Shown: piece by piece, positions 39,819 through 48,731 of the stretch | Position numbering within the stretch: position 1 is the stretch's first letter | How the letters are laid out: the number at the start of each line of letters is the position of its first letter | Source of the DNA: an uncultured delta proteobacterium | GTDB lineage: Bacteria; Myxococcota_A; UBA9160; SZUA-336 | Assembly (NCBI GenBank): GCA_963704165.1 | Contig: CAVPHD010000004.1 | Coordinates: 384,001 to 448,000, forward strand | Reading direction: 5' to 3' | DNA: 64,000 nt | Made by a program: the position numbers and the translations under genes | Notes under the pieces: model-generated | Seen by the model: the letters and a program-made list of their open reading frames with translations, nothing else | Database searches by the model: none | Told to the model about the DNA's origin: nothing

Positions 39819-40856
39819 CTACTCGCTCCTCCGCCGGCGCCAGGGCGGTCGGTACGAGATGCCGAGGCCGAGGATCCGCTGGATCAGGGCGGGGTACTCG
39901 ATCCCGCGGTGGTGGGCGGACTCGGCGATGTCCTCTTCGATCGCGAGATCCGGGTTCGGGTTGACCTCGATCACGTGCACCTGCCCGGCCTCGGTGAGTC
40001 GCAGATCGAGGCGAGCGTAGCCCGAGAGCTCGAGCGCCCGGAAGCTGCGGCGGGCCACTCGCTGGATCTGTTCGGTGAGTGAGTCGTCGATCTTCGCGGG
40101 GCCGGTCGCGATGCCCAGGCGCTTCTGATACTGCGCGCTCCACTTCGCGCGTTCGGTCGCGATGGGCAGCGTTCCGCTGGGAAGCTTGTCGAAGCGCATC
40201 TCCCAGGGTGGGAAGGTCTCGAGGCGCTGGTTTCCGATCACCCCGACGGTCAGCTCGCGTCCCTCGACGTACTCCTCGGCGATCGCGTGGGTTCCGACGT
40301 TGCGGTGCACGAACGCCACGCGCTCCCGCAGCGCCGCCGCGTCCCGCACCACCGATGCCTGCGAGATCCCGAACGACGCGTCCTCGTCCATGCTCTTCAC
40401 GATGATCGGGTAGCGCAGGCCGGCGGGCGAGTGGGCGCGGCGGCCGAGCCTGAACACGTGGAAGGCCGGAGTCGGGATGCGGTGGTAGCGAAGGATTTTC
40501 TTGGCGAGCGCTTTGTTGCGCCCGAGCGTCAGGCCCTGCGGGTTGCAGCCGGTGTAGCGCGCCCCCAGGAGCTCCAGATGGGAGACCACGTTGACCATGA
40601 AGGTCCCGATGTCCTGGAACTCGCGCAGCAGGTTGAAGATGACGTGGGGACGGAACTCGGAGACGCACTTCCGGATCGCCAGCAGGTCGTGCGACACGCC
40701 GAGCACCTCGAGCTCGTGACCGAGCTCGCGGATCGCCTGGGCGACGTCGTACTCCGTGCGGAAGGGGAGAATCTCGTCGCCCGTGTCGCGACCGGCGATG
40801 TCGTCCGGCGGGACCAGGTCTTCGTGGCAGAGCAGCACGACGCGCCGCCGCTTCAT
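39819..40856 (-). CDS. D-Ala-D-Ala ligase-like ATP-grasp protein
   Basis: FNL, YTG, KALAKKIL, IVKSMDEDASFGI, EEYVEGRELTV, YARLDLR, IEVNPNP. Confidence 0.9.
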   Translation of the reverse strand: MKRRRVVLLCHEDLVPPDDIAGRDTGDEILPFRTEYDVAQAIRELGHELEVLGVSHDLLAIRKCVSEFRPHVIFNLLREFQDIGTFMVNVVSHLELLGARYTGCNPQGLTLGRNKALAKKILRYHRIPTPAFHVFRLGRRAHSPAGLRYPIIVKSMDEDASFGISQASVVRDAAALRERVAFVHRNVGTHAIAEEYVEGRELTVGVIGNQRLETFPPWEMRFDKLPSGTLPIATERAKWSAQYQKRLGIATGPAKIDDSLTEQIQRVARRSFRALELSGYARLDLRLTEAGQVHVIEVNPNPDLAIEEDIAESAHHRGIEYPALIQRILGLGISYRPPWRRRRSE

Positions 40857-41887
40857 CGGAAGTACTCCCAGTGGCGCCTTCTCACGTGGCGCATGGTGTG
40901 CACGGTCAGCATTACGATCGCGTCTCGGAGCACCTCGCGCTGCGGTCGTGCGAGGCGCAGTTTGAGCGCCTGGGCCCGCATGATCATCCCCTTCAGGACC
41001 TCGTCGACGACGAAGGCGTACTGTCCGGTCCAGTTCGCGACCCGCCCGCGCAGCTCACTCCGATGCGAGCGCAGGAACGCGGCGGCGCGTTGATGGCGCC
41101 CGTTCCCGGCGGCGTCGGAGAAGAGACGCAGCAGGTCGCGGTCGTAGATCGTCAGGTCCTCCTCGCTCCAGATCGACTTCTTCCGCGCGTAGTATTCGCG
41201 CAGCGTGAAGCGGATCGTCGGCAGCGAGTCCATTCGCTCCTGCGTGCGGACCAGCGGCTTCGCGTCGCGGAGCTCGCGCATCAGGGCCTCGACGAAGCGC
41301 AGCTTGCGGAGCGCCACCGGCCAGCTGGCGTAGCGATGGCGCCAGCGACCGCCGGGCCGCAGCCAGACGGCGAAGGTCTCCGCGAAGTCCTCCACCGGGT
41401 GGCTCTGCGCGTAGAAGTTGTCGACGTTGATCACGAACTTGCGGCTGTTCGGATTCGGCACGTAGCTTCGGCGGTAGGGCGCGCTCGTAGGACCGAAGTG
41501 CTCCCGCCACGCCTTGCGCCGCCGCAGCCGGTAGGCGTTGTCGAGCGCGTGCGCCGTCTCGTGGCGCAGCAGCTTGATGCACCACTCCTGGGTGCCGCCC
41601 TCGACCTCGAACATCTGCTTGCGCTCGAGGCGGGCGAGTCGAGGGTGCGCCAGGAAGAAGGGGATGCCGAACCCGGTGACACCGTCGGGCGTGAACCAGT
41701 CGGTCGAGAGCCACTGGTAGGGCCGGAAGCGCAGGCCCGCCTGCTCGAGCTCGCCGTGCAGCCGCGCCACGTTCTCGCCCAGCGCACCATCCTCCACGCC
41801 CACGCCGAGGTCGCAGAGCCGGACATCGAGGAGCGCATCGTCCGAAAGCTTGGCCCAGCGCGCACGGGCTCGAGGCGGAGTCGGCAT
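40853..41887 (-). CDS. Putative zinc-binding metallopeptidase (zincin)
   Basis: HETAH (HExxH) and YAQSHPVEDFAETFA. ATGA-coupled to the ATP-grasp gene. Confidence 0.85.
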   Translation of the reverse strand: MPTPPRARARWAKLSDDALLDVRLCDLGVGVEDGALGENVARLHGELEQAGLRFRPYQWLSTDWFTPDGVTGFGIPFFLAHPRLARLERKQMFEVEGGTQEWCIKLLRHETAHALDNAYRLRRRKAWREHFGPTSAPYRRSYVPNPNSRKFVINVDNFYAQSHPVEDFAETFAVWLRPGGRWRHRYASWPVALRKLRFVEALMRELRDAKPLVRTQERMDSLPTIRFTLREYYARKKSIWSEEDLTIYDRDLLRLFSDAAGNGRHQRAAAFLRSHRSELRGRVANWTGQYAFVVDEVLKGMIMRAQALKLRLARPQREVLRDAIVMLTVHTMRHVRRRHWEYFR

Positions 41888-42301
41888 GAGGGCAACCTAG
41901 CCGCATCTCGCCGTGAGGCCAGACACGGCCGGGTGTCGATGCTCAGCATGGCCCGAAGATCGGCGGGCGGTGCTTCCACGATCGAGCGGGGATGGGGGAG
42001 ATGCCGACTTCTCTGCACGGCAGGCAGGCGTGTGAGCGCGCGCTACGGAGGTCGGACTGAACTAGACGGGTCTCCGAAGAAGTCGGGACGATTCACCCTA
42101 GGAGGATCGCTTCGACGCGCCAGGATGCGAGAATGGAATCGAGGAAGCGGGTCTCCGGGTCGTCGCGACGCGAACGCTATGGGGCCGCTTCGGCTCGTTC
42201 GTGGCGGACCGATACGCCCGGCGACGATCGCCGTCGGGCTCGACCTCGCCAGCCTGGCCTCGTGATCGGGAGCGCCGAGCATCTCGTCCATGAGCGGATG
42301 G

Positions 42302-42637
42302 CTAGCGGCCGCCGTGCTCGAGCCGCCGTGCCCAGCCCTCCGCCCAAGCGTGCAGTGGAGCCAGGCGCTCGATCAAGCTGCGGCCCCGTGTGGTGAGCGC
42401 GTAGCCGTCACCGTCGTGCTCGATGATGCCGGCTTCGCGCAACTCGGTGAGCCGCGTGTTGAGGACGCTCGGATTCGTCTGCGCCGCCTGCTGCAGCGCG
42501 CGGAACGTCAGCGATTCTGCGCGCAGCTCCCACAGCACCCGCAGCGCGCCGCGGCGGCCGAGCAGATCCAGCAGGGCCATGATCGGACGCCCGCGGGTCG
42601 AACCGCGCACCTTGCGGCCGGGACGGGGCGTGCTCAT
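42302..42637 (-). CDS. HxlR-family winged-helix transcription regulator
   Basis: RPIMALLDLLGRRGALRVLWEL, LNTRLTELREAGII, YALTTRGRSL. Confidence 0.88.
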   Translation of the reverse strand: MSTPRPGRKVRGSTRGRPIMALLDLLGRRGALRVLWELRAESLTFRALQQAAQTNPSVLNTRLTELREAGIIEHDGDGYALTTRGRSLIERLAPLHAWAEGWARRLEHGGR

Positions 42638-42690
42638 GCTACGAAATTCGTAGCAACATGGATCGTAGGCATGCTATGAATATCGTAGCA
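42637..42690. promoter_or_regulatory. Twin palindromic operators TGCTACGAA-N-TTCGTAGCA
   Basis: Perfect palindrome at 42637-42655 and a near-copy tgctatgaatatcgtagca at 42672-42690, between divergent genes. Confidence 0.8.
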
Positions 42691-42710
42691 CTCTCCTATG
42701 GAGGTCCTCC

Positions 42711-43259
42711 ATGTCGATCCGCATCCACCCCGCCGAGCCGCCGTTCTCGCCCGAGGTCCAAACCGTATTCGACCGGCTGATGCCCGCCGGCACGCCGCCG
42801 CTCCTGCTCTTCACGACCCTGGCGCGCGACCCGCGTCTGTTCCAACGCTTCTCGGCCGGCGGACTGCTCGACCGCGGAAACCTGACGCTACGCCACCGTG
42901 AGCTGGTGATCGACCGCGTCACCGCTAGCTGCGGCTCGGAGTACGAGTGGGGCGTCCACGTCACGTTCTTCGGCCCGCGCGTGTCGTTGACCGGGCAAGA
43001 AACCAGGTCCCTCGTGCACGGCGGGCCCGACGACGCGTGCTGGAGCGAGCCCGAGCGCGCGCTGCTCCGACTCTGCGACAGCTTGCACGAGCGCTGCGAC
43101 GTCTCCGACGCGCTCTGGAGCGAGCTGCGCGGTCATTTCTCAGAGGGCGCAGTGCTCGAGTTGCTGATGCTGGCGGGCTTCTACCGAATGGTGGCCTACC
43201 TCACCAACGGTCTGCGCCTACCGCTCGAGCCTTACGCTGCGCGCTTCCCGACGGGGTGA
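42711..43259 (+). CDS. Carboxymuconolactone decarboxylase (CMD/AhpD-like) family protein
   Basis: LFTTLARDP, RELVIDRV...CGSEYEWGVH, ELLMLAGFY; GGAGG RBS. Confidence 0.88.
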   Translation: MSIRIHPAEPPFSPEVQTVFDRLMPAGTPPLLLFTTLARDPRLFQRFSAGGLLDRGNLTLRHRELVIDRVTASCGSEYEWGVHVTFFGPRVSLTGQETRSLVHGGPDDACWSEPERALLRLCDSLHERCDVSDALWSELRGHFSEGAVLELLMLAGFYRMVAYLTNGLRLPLEPYAARFPTG

Positions 43260-43404
43260 GCTTCGATCGGCGCTCCGCAACGATGCCGGAGGCCGTTTCA
43301 GTCGAACCCAGCGACGTGTCCGGTCTCGGTCGGGCTTCGCGCGCGGGTTGTCTCACTCGCGACGCGTTGCTGCTGGCGAACGAGACACGCCCGCGCATTC
43401 CCAG

Positions 43405-43477
43405 AGCCGACGGCCGGACTCGAACCGGCGACCTGCTGATTACGAATCAGCTGCTCTACCAACTGAGCTACGTCGGC
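43405..43477 (-). tRNA. tRNA-Thr (anticodon CGT), CCA not encoded
   Basis: Minus strand GCCGACGTAGCTCAGTTGGTAGAGCAGCTGATTCGTAATCAGCAGGTCGCCGGTTCGAGTCCGGCCGTCGGCT folds as a cloverleaf. Confidence 0.97.
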
Positions 43478-43562
43478 GTGGCGGTAGGGTTAGCGGAGGG
43501 GCAGGGGCCGGACAACAGAGCGCGACCCCGTAGGGTGGCCGCTCCGCGCGCGTCCTCGCGCG

Positions 43563-44495
43563 TCAATAAGACACGAAGCGGATCGGCGCCCAGGCGGACA
43601 GGCGCAGGGTTCGGGCGGGCGGGTAGAGGTCGGCGTCCATGCTCCACGGTTCGGGAACGGACAGGCGGATCTCGACCGAGCGGGCGGGGTGGTGGCGCAG
43701 GCACGAGGCCGGGCCGTGGAAGCCGAGCCGCAGGGCGGGAAGCTCGAGGCTCAGCCGCGCCGCGCTCGCGGAGCTGTACAGGAAGTGGAAGCGCTCGGGG
43801 TCGGTGCCGGCGGTCAGGAAGGGGCGGAAGCCCAGGCCGACGTCGCGCACGCTCGAGGCGCCGGCGACGGTGTAGGCACGCGCGCAGGTCGGCTCGCCGT
43901 CCACGGTGATCTCGATCTCGCGCCTCGCGAAGAGGTCGCGGGCCAGGCGCGTGCCGAGCAGCCCCGACGTCGCGATCCGGCCGACCAGGCTCGCGGTCGC
44001 GACCACGCCGAGCTCGTCGCCCTGGTAGTACTGCTCGAGGAACCGCGCGGCGACGCCGTTCGCGAAGATCAGGCCGGCGCGCGTGGGGCCGACGTCGGGC
44101 TCGACGCGGATCAGCGGGCGGACGGAATCGAGGCGGGGCTCTTCGTCGTCGAGGATGCGGCGGACGGTCTGCTCGGCGCTGGCGTGGGCGTCGAGCGAGT
44201 GGGCGATCGTGTTGATCGTGCCGCCGGCGACGAGCGAGATGCGCGGCAGCGGGCTCCCGCCGAACGCGGCGACCAGCGGCGTCAGCGTGCCGCCGACCGT
44301 GCCGTCGCCGCCGACCAGCACCAGGTGTTCGACGCCGATCGCGCGCAGCCGCGCGAGCGCGACGTCGAGCTCGGCCGGGTCGCGCGTGAAGTGCACGAAC
44401 TCGGCGGGCAGCAGACGGCGCAGCCGCTCGCCGAGCCGACCGTCGCGACCGGCGCGCCGAGCGCGCGCGTTGACGAGTATGCCCGGAGGCTTCAA
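43563..44495 (-). CDS. Diacylglycerol kinase family protein
   Basis: ILVNARA, VGGDGT, AGGTINTIA, WSMDAD. Confidence 0.82.
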   Translation of the reverse strand: MKPPGILVNARARRAGRDGRLGERLRRLLPAEFVHFTRDPAELDVALARLRAIGVEHLVLVGGDGTVGGTLTPLVAAFGGSPLPRISLVAGGTINTIAHSLDAHASAEQTVRRILDDEEPRLDSVRPLIRVEPDVGPTRAGLIFANGVAARFLEQYYQGDELGVVATASLVGRIATSGLLGTRLARDLFARREIEITVDGEPTCARAYTVAGASSVRDVGLGFRPFLTAGTDPERFHFLYSSASAARLSLELPALRLGFHGPASCLRHHPARSVEIRLSVPEPWSMDADLYPPARTLRLSAWAPIRFVSY

Positions 44496-44578
44496 CGCTC
44501 TCTCCCACCCACGCGCGGGAAACTAGCGGGGCCGGCCGAGGCGCGCCGCGCCGGACCAGACTCGCTAGACTGCGCCCC

Positions 44579-45499
44579 ATGTCGCTCGCCGAACGCGTGA
44601 TCTGGCGCAACGGGAAGCTCGTGCCCTGGGCCGACGTCACGGTCCACGTGCTCTCGCAGTCGATCCAGCGCGGAACGCTCGTCTTCGACGTGATGCCCGT
44701 CTACTGGCTCGCGCGCGGGCCGGCGATCCTGGGGCTGGACGAGCACGTCCTGCGCTTCGAGCAGTCGGCCGAGCTCTCGGGCATGACGCTCCCGGCATCC
44801 AACGGGGAGCTTCGCGCGGGCATCGCCGAGGCGGTGCGCGCGAATCCCGGCGCCGAGGTCGTGAAGATCTCGGCCTACTACCCCGGCGCGTCGCTCGACG
44901 TGCTGCCGGTCGATCCGAAGGCCGAAGTCGCGATCGCGGCGTTCGCGATCGCCGATCTCTCGAAGGCCGGCCGCGCGTCCGCGTCCGGACCCGCGCGGCT
45001 TCAGGTCTCCGAGTCGCGGAAGATGCCGGCGTCGGTGCTCTCGCCGCAGATCAAGATCGCGGCGGCCTACACGCACGCGGCGTTCGCCAAGGCGCGCGCG
45101 AAGGCCGCGGGCTTTCACGACGTGATCTTCCTCGACGAGCACGACCAGCTGACCGAGTCGTCGACGCAGAGCTTCTTCCTGGTCTGCGACGGCTCGATTC
45201 GCAGCGCGCCGCTCGACGCGGTGCTCGCGGGCGTGACGCGGCGGCTCGCGGTCGAGCTCGCCCGCGACGAGGGCATCCCCGTGAAAGAGGAGCCGATGCC
45301 GCGGTCGCTGCTCGCGCGCGCGCAAGAGGCGTTCCTGACCGGCACGACCTCGAACGTGTGGCCGGTCTCGCGCGTCGACGCGCTCGAGCTGCCGACGCCG
45401 ATTCCCGGCCCGATCACCGCGCGGCTCGTCGCGCGCTTCGCGAAGCTCGTGGCCGACGAGGACCGGGTCTTCTCTTCGCGCTGGCTGCAGGCCGTCTAG
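44579..45499 (+). CDS. Class IV aminotransferase (IlvE-like)
   Basis: IWRNGKLVPWADVTVHVLS, KIAAAY, LAGVTRR, EAFLTGT. Confidence 0.88.
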   Translation: MSLAERVIWRNGKLVPWADVTVHVLSQSIQRGTLVFDVMPVYWLARGPAILGLDEHVLRFEQSAELSGMTLPASNGELRAGIAEAVRANPGAEVVKISAYYPGASLDVLPVDPKAEVAIAAFAIADLSKAGRASASGPARLQVSESRKMPASVLSPQIKIAAAYTHAAFAKARAKAAGFHDVIFLDEHDQLTESSTQSFFLVCDGSIRSAPLDAVLAGVTRRLAVELARDEGIPVKEEPMPRSLLARAQEAFLTGTTSNVWPVSRVDALELPTPIPGPITARLVARFAKLVADEDRVFSSRWLQAV

Positions 45500-45500
45500 C

Positions 45501-46514
45501 GTGCCGGCCGCGGAGCAGGGCGAGCGCAAGCGCGTGACCGGTGCGCGCGTGCTCTCGGGCATCCAGCCCAGTGGTGTGCAGCACCTGGGCAACTACTTCG
45601 GCGCGCTGCGGCAGTTCATCGCGCTCCAGGACGGCAACCGCGCCTCGTACTTCATGGCGGACCTGCACTCGCTGACGAGCATCCGCGACGCCAAGGAGCG
45701 GCGCGCGCTGACGCGCGGCGTGGCGCTGGACTTCCTGGCGCTCGGCGTCGACCCGACGCGCTCGATCCTGTACCGGCAGAGCGACCTGCCCGAAGTGACC
45801 GAGCTCGCCTGGATCCTGACGACGGTGACTCCGATGGGGCTGCTGCAACGCTGTGTCTCGTACAAGGACAAGCTCGAAGCGGGGCACGCACCCGACCACG
45901 GGCTCTTCGCGTACCCGGTGCTGCAGGCCGCCGACATCCTGATCTGGCGCGCCGACCTGGTTCCCGTCGGTCAGGACCAGAAGCAACACCTGGAAGTGAC
46001 ACGCGACATCGCGACGAAGTTCAACCTGACCTATCGCGCGGTCTTCACGCTCCCCGAGCCGTACATCCTCGAGGACGTCGCGGTCGTGCCGGGCAGCGAC
46101 GGCCGCAAGATGAGCAAGAGCTACGGCAACACGATCGAGATGTTCGCGCCCGAGAAGGCGCTGCGAAAACAGGTGATGGGGATCGTCACCGACTCGAAGG
46201 GCGTGGACGAGCCCAAGGACCCGGACACGTCGACGATCTTCGCGCTCTACTCACTGCTTGCGAACGCCGAGGAGCGCGCGGCGCTGGCGCAGGCGTTCCG
46301 TAGCGGGGGCACCGGCTACGGCGACGCGAAGAAGGCGCTCTACGAGAAGATCCTCTCGTACTTCGAGGCGGCGCGAGAGCGACGGCGCGCGCTCGAAGCG
46401 GATGCCGACACCGTCGAAGACGTGCTTCGCGACGGCGCCGCGCGCGCGCGCGCGGCGGTCGCGGAGCTGATGCACGACGTGCGCGAGGCGGCCGGAGTCG
46501 GCCGGCCCGCGTGA
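45501..46514 (+). CDS. trpS: Tryptophan--tRNA ligase
   Basis: SGIQPSG..HLGNY, YPVLQAADIL, VPVGQDQKQHLE, KMSKS. Confidence 0.97.
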   Translation: MPAAEQGERKRVTGARVLSGIQPSGVQHLGNYFGALRQFIALQDGNRASYFMADLHSLTSIRDAKERRALTRGVALDFLALGVDPTRSILYRQSDLPEVTELAWILTTVTPMGLLQRCVSYKDKLEAGHAPDHGLFAYPVLQAADILIWRADLVPVGQDQKQHLEVTRDIATKFNLTYRAVFTLPEPYILEDVAVVPGSDGRKMSKSYGNTIEMFAPEKALRKQVMGIVTDSKGVDEPKDPDTSTIFALYSLLANAEERAALAQAFRSGGTGYGDAKKALYEKILSYFEAARERRRALEADADTVEDVLRDGAARARAAVAELMHDVREAAGVGRPA

Positions 46515-46534
46515 GTCCGGCCGGCGCTCGGGCC

Positions 46535-47128
46535 TTAGAGGTCCATCGGGTCGATCGACGGCCCGGTGTCCTCGCTCGCCGTCGGGATCGGCGTCTTCGG
46601 CCTCGGCCGCTCGGGCGGAGCCACCTGCGCGGGCGGCATGAGCGCGCGCGGATCGTAGTAGTAGCGCTCGCGGCAGATCTTCTCGCCGCGAAGCTCGTGC
46701 ACCGCGACCTCGGTGAGCTTCAGCTGGCGGCCGTCCTTCATCACCAGATCCGCCTCCCACTCGATGCAGATCGCGTTCTTCCCGGCGAAGACGTGTCGCG
46801 CGGTCCACTCCGAGCTGCGCAGACCCGCGAGCCAGCCGGCCAGCTTCGAACGCAGCGCCTGCAATCCCGTGATGGTTCCGCCCGCGGGCTCCACCGACAC
46901 GGCGTCCTCGGTGTAGAACTTCCCGAGATCGAGGTTCAGCTCGTCGTCCATCGCGGCGACGATCCGGTTCGCGACGTCCTCGGAGGGCGAGGGCCGCCGC
47001 GGAGCCGCCCTGGCGGCCACCTTCTTCTTCGCGGCGGGCGCCGGTTTCTTCATCGGCTTTCGCGAAGTCGTCTTCGCGGGAGCCTTCTTTCCGGGCTTCT
47101 TCGCGGTCGTCTTCTTCTTCGCACCCAT
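46535..47128 (-). CDS. NTF2/SnoaL-like protein with Lys/Ala/Pro-rich N-terminal tail
   Basis: GGAGAGG RBS. MGAKKKTTAKKPGKKAPAK... followed by FYTEDAVSVEP...EVAVHELRGEKICRERYYYD. Confidence 0.82.
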   Translation of the reverse strand: MGAKKKTTAKKPGKKAPAKTTSRKPMKKPAPAAKKKVAARAAPRRPSPSEDVANRIVAAMDDELNLDLGKFYTEDAVSVEPAGGTITGLQALRSKLAGWLAGLRSSEWTARHVFAGKNAICIEWEADLVMKDGRQLKLTEVAVHELRGEKICRERYYYDPRALMPPAQVAPPERPRPKTPIPTASEDTGPSIDPMDL

Positions 47129-47221
47129 CGCTGGCCTCTCCTCCCCACGTGACGGTGACGCGATTCTAGCAGTGCGTTCGGGCCTTCCCAGAGGTTTTCT
47201 TCCGGTAGACTGCCGGGGACG

Positions 47222-47881
47222 ATGAGCAAGTACACACCGATCGACGACGCCCTGCACGCCTACGTACTGGAGCACCGCACGCCCGACGACCCGCTGCTCC
47301 GGGAGCTGCAGGAGGAGACGCAGCGGTTGATGGGTCCACGCAGCGTCATGCAGATCGCCGCCGACGAGGGAACGCTTCTCGGCCTGCTCGTCGCGGCGAT
47401 CGGCGCGCGCCGGGTGGTCGAGGTCGGCACCTTCACGGGCTACTCCGCACTGTGCATGGCCCGTGCGCTCCCGCCCGGCGGGAAGCTCCTGGCCTGCGAC
47501 GTGTCCGAGGAATACACCGCGGTGGCTCGGCGGTTCTGGGAGAAGGCCGGCATCGCGGACCGGATCGATCTCGCGCTCGGACCCGCGGACGCGACGCTCC
47601 GCGCGCTGCCCGACGAGATCCAGTTCGACTTCGGCTTCATCGACGCGGACAAGGCGAACTACCACACGTACTACGAAGAGATCCTGCGGCGCCTTCGCCC
47701 GGGTGGGCTGATCGCGATCGACAACGTGCTCTGGAACGGGCAGGTCCTGCGCGAGGCGGACCAGAGCGCCGACACGGTCGCGATCCGCGCGATCAACGAC
47801 CACGTCGCGGCCGACCGGCGCGTTCAAGCGGTGATGATCGGCGTCGCCGACGGGGTCACGCTCGCGCGCAAGCTCGGCTAG
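47222..47881 (+). CDS. SAM-dependent O-methyltransferase (caffeoyl-CoA OMT family)
   Basis: EVGTFTGYS, FIDADK, DNVLWNG. Confidence 0.93.
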   Translation: MSKYTPIDDALHAYVLEHRTPDDPLLRELQEETQRLMGPRSVMQIAADEGTLLGLLVAAIGARRVVEVGTFTGYSALCMARALPPGGKLLACDVSEEYTAVARRFWEKAGIADRIDLALGPADATLRALPDEIQFDFGFIDADKANYHTYYEEILRRLRPGGLIAIDNVLWNGQVLREADQSADTVAIRAINDHVAADRRVQAVMIGVADGVTLARKLG

Positions 47882-47887
47882 CGGCCG

Positions 47888-48721
47888 ATGGACGCGCGAC
47901 TCCCGCTCGCGGTGATCGGTGCGGGCTGGGCCGGTCAGGCGCGGGTGCGCGCGCTCGCCGAGAGCCCGACCGCGCGGCTCGCGGGTCTGGTCACGCGCCG
48001 CGAAGCGGGGGAGCTCTCGTTCGCGGACGTGCTCGCGGACGCGACCGTCGCCGGGGTGATCCTGTGCACGCCGAATCTCCTGCACGCCGGGCAGGCGCGC
48101 GAAGCGCTCGAAGCCGGCAAGCACGTGCTGGTCGAGTTCCCGCTCGCGCCCGGACCCGAGTCGGGTCGCGCACTCTTCGCGGACGCGCACGCGCGGCGTC
48201 GGGTTCTGCACGAGGAGCACATCGAGCTGCTCTCGCCCGCGCAGTCCTGGCTGCGCGAGCGCGCCGCCGCGGTCGGCCGGCCGCGCAGCGGCAGCGTCCA
48301 CTTCACGGGCAACCTCACGGGCTGGCTCGCCGATCCGAAGCTCTCCGGGAGCTCGGCGCTCTGCGCGCTCTCGCGGCTGCATCGGCTGGTCGACCTGTTC
48401 GGCGCGGCGGAGGTGCGCGGGGCGACGCTCGAACGCGGAACGGGCTATCGGCTCGGGGTCGAGCTCGGCTTCGAGGCCGGCGGCCGCGCGGATCTGGTCG
48501 AGGAGCGCGCGCCGGGTCTGAAACGCGGCACGCGCTGGAGCGTGGAGTGCGAGAACGGATCGATCGGCGATCCGCCGGAGCAACGCCCCCGCGGCTTGTT
48601 CGCGCGCGATCTCGAGTGCTTCGTCGCGCGCGTCACCGAGGGCGCGGAGTCGTACGTGAGCGAGGCCCGTTGCCTGCACGTGCTCTCGCTCGTCGAGGCG
48701 ATCGAACGGCGCCTCTGTTAG
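47888..48721 (+). CDS. Gfo/Idh/MocA oxidoreductase, biliverdin reductase-like
   Basis: GAGWAG, GKHVLVEFP, VLHEEHIELL, LSRLHRLVDLFG, GLFARD. Confidence 0.8.
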   Translation: MDARLPLAVIGAGWAGQARVRALAESPTARLAGLVTRREAGELSFADVLADATVAGVILCTPNLLHAGQAREALEAGKHVLVEFPLAPGPESGRALFADAHARRRVLHEEHIELLSPAQSWLRERAAAVGRPRSGSVHFTGNLTGWLADPKLSGSSALCALSRLHRLVDLFGAAEVRGATLERGTGYRLGVELGFEAGGRADLVEERAPGLKRGTRWSVECENGSIGDPPEQRPRGLFARDLECFVARVTEGAESYVSEARCLHVLSLVEAIERRLC

Positions 48722-48731
48722 GCTACGCGCC

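Noticed and set aside
41890..42300. Possible small gene or sRNA between the peptidase and HxlR genes
   Set aside because: ORFs are low-complexity without motifs, and I recognised no RNA structure.
43370..43430. att-site duplication of the tRNA-Thr 3' end defining a prophage or ICE
   Set aside because: No second copy seen by eye, and no integrase or phage genes in the window.
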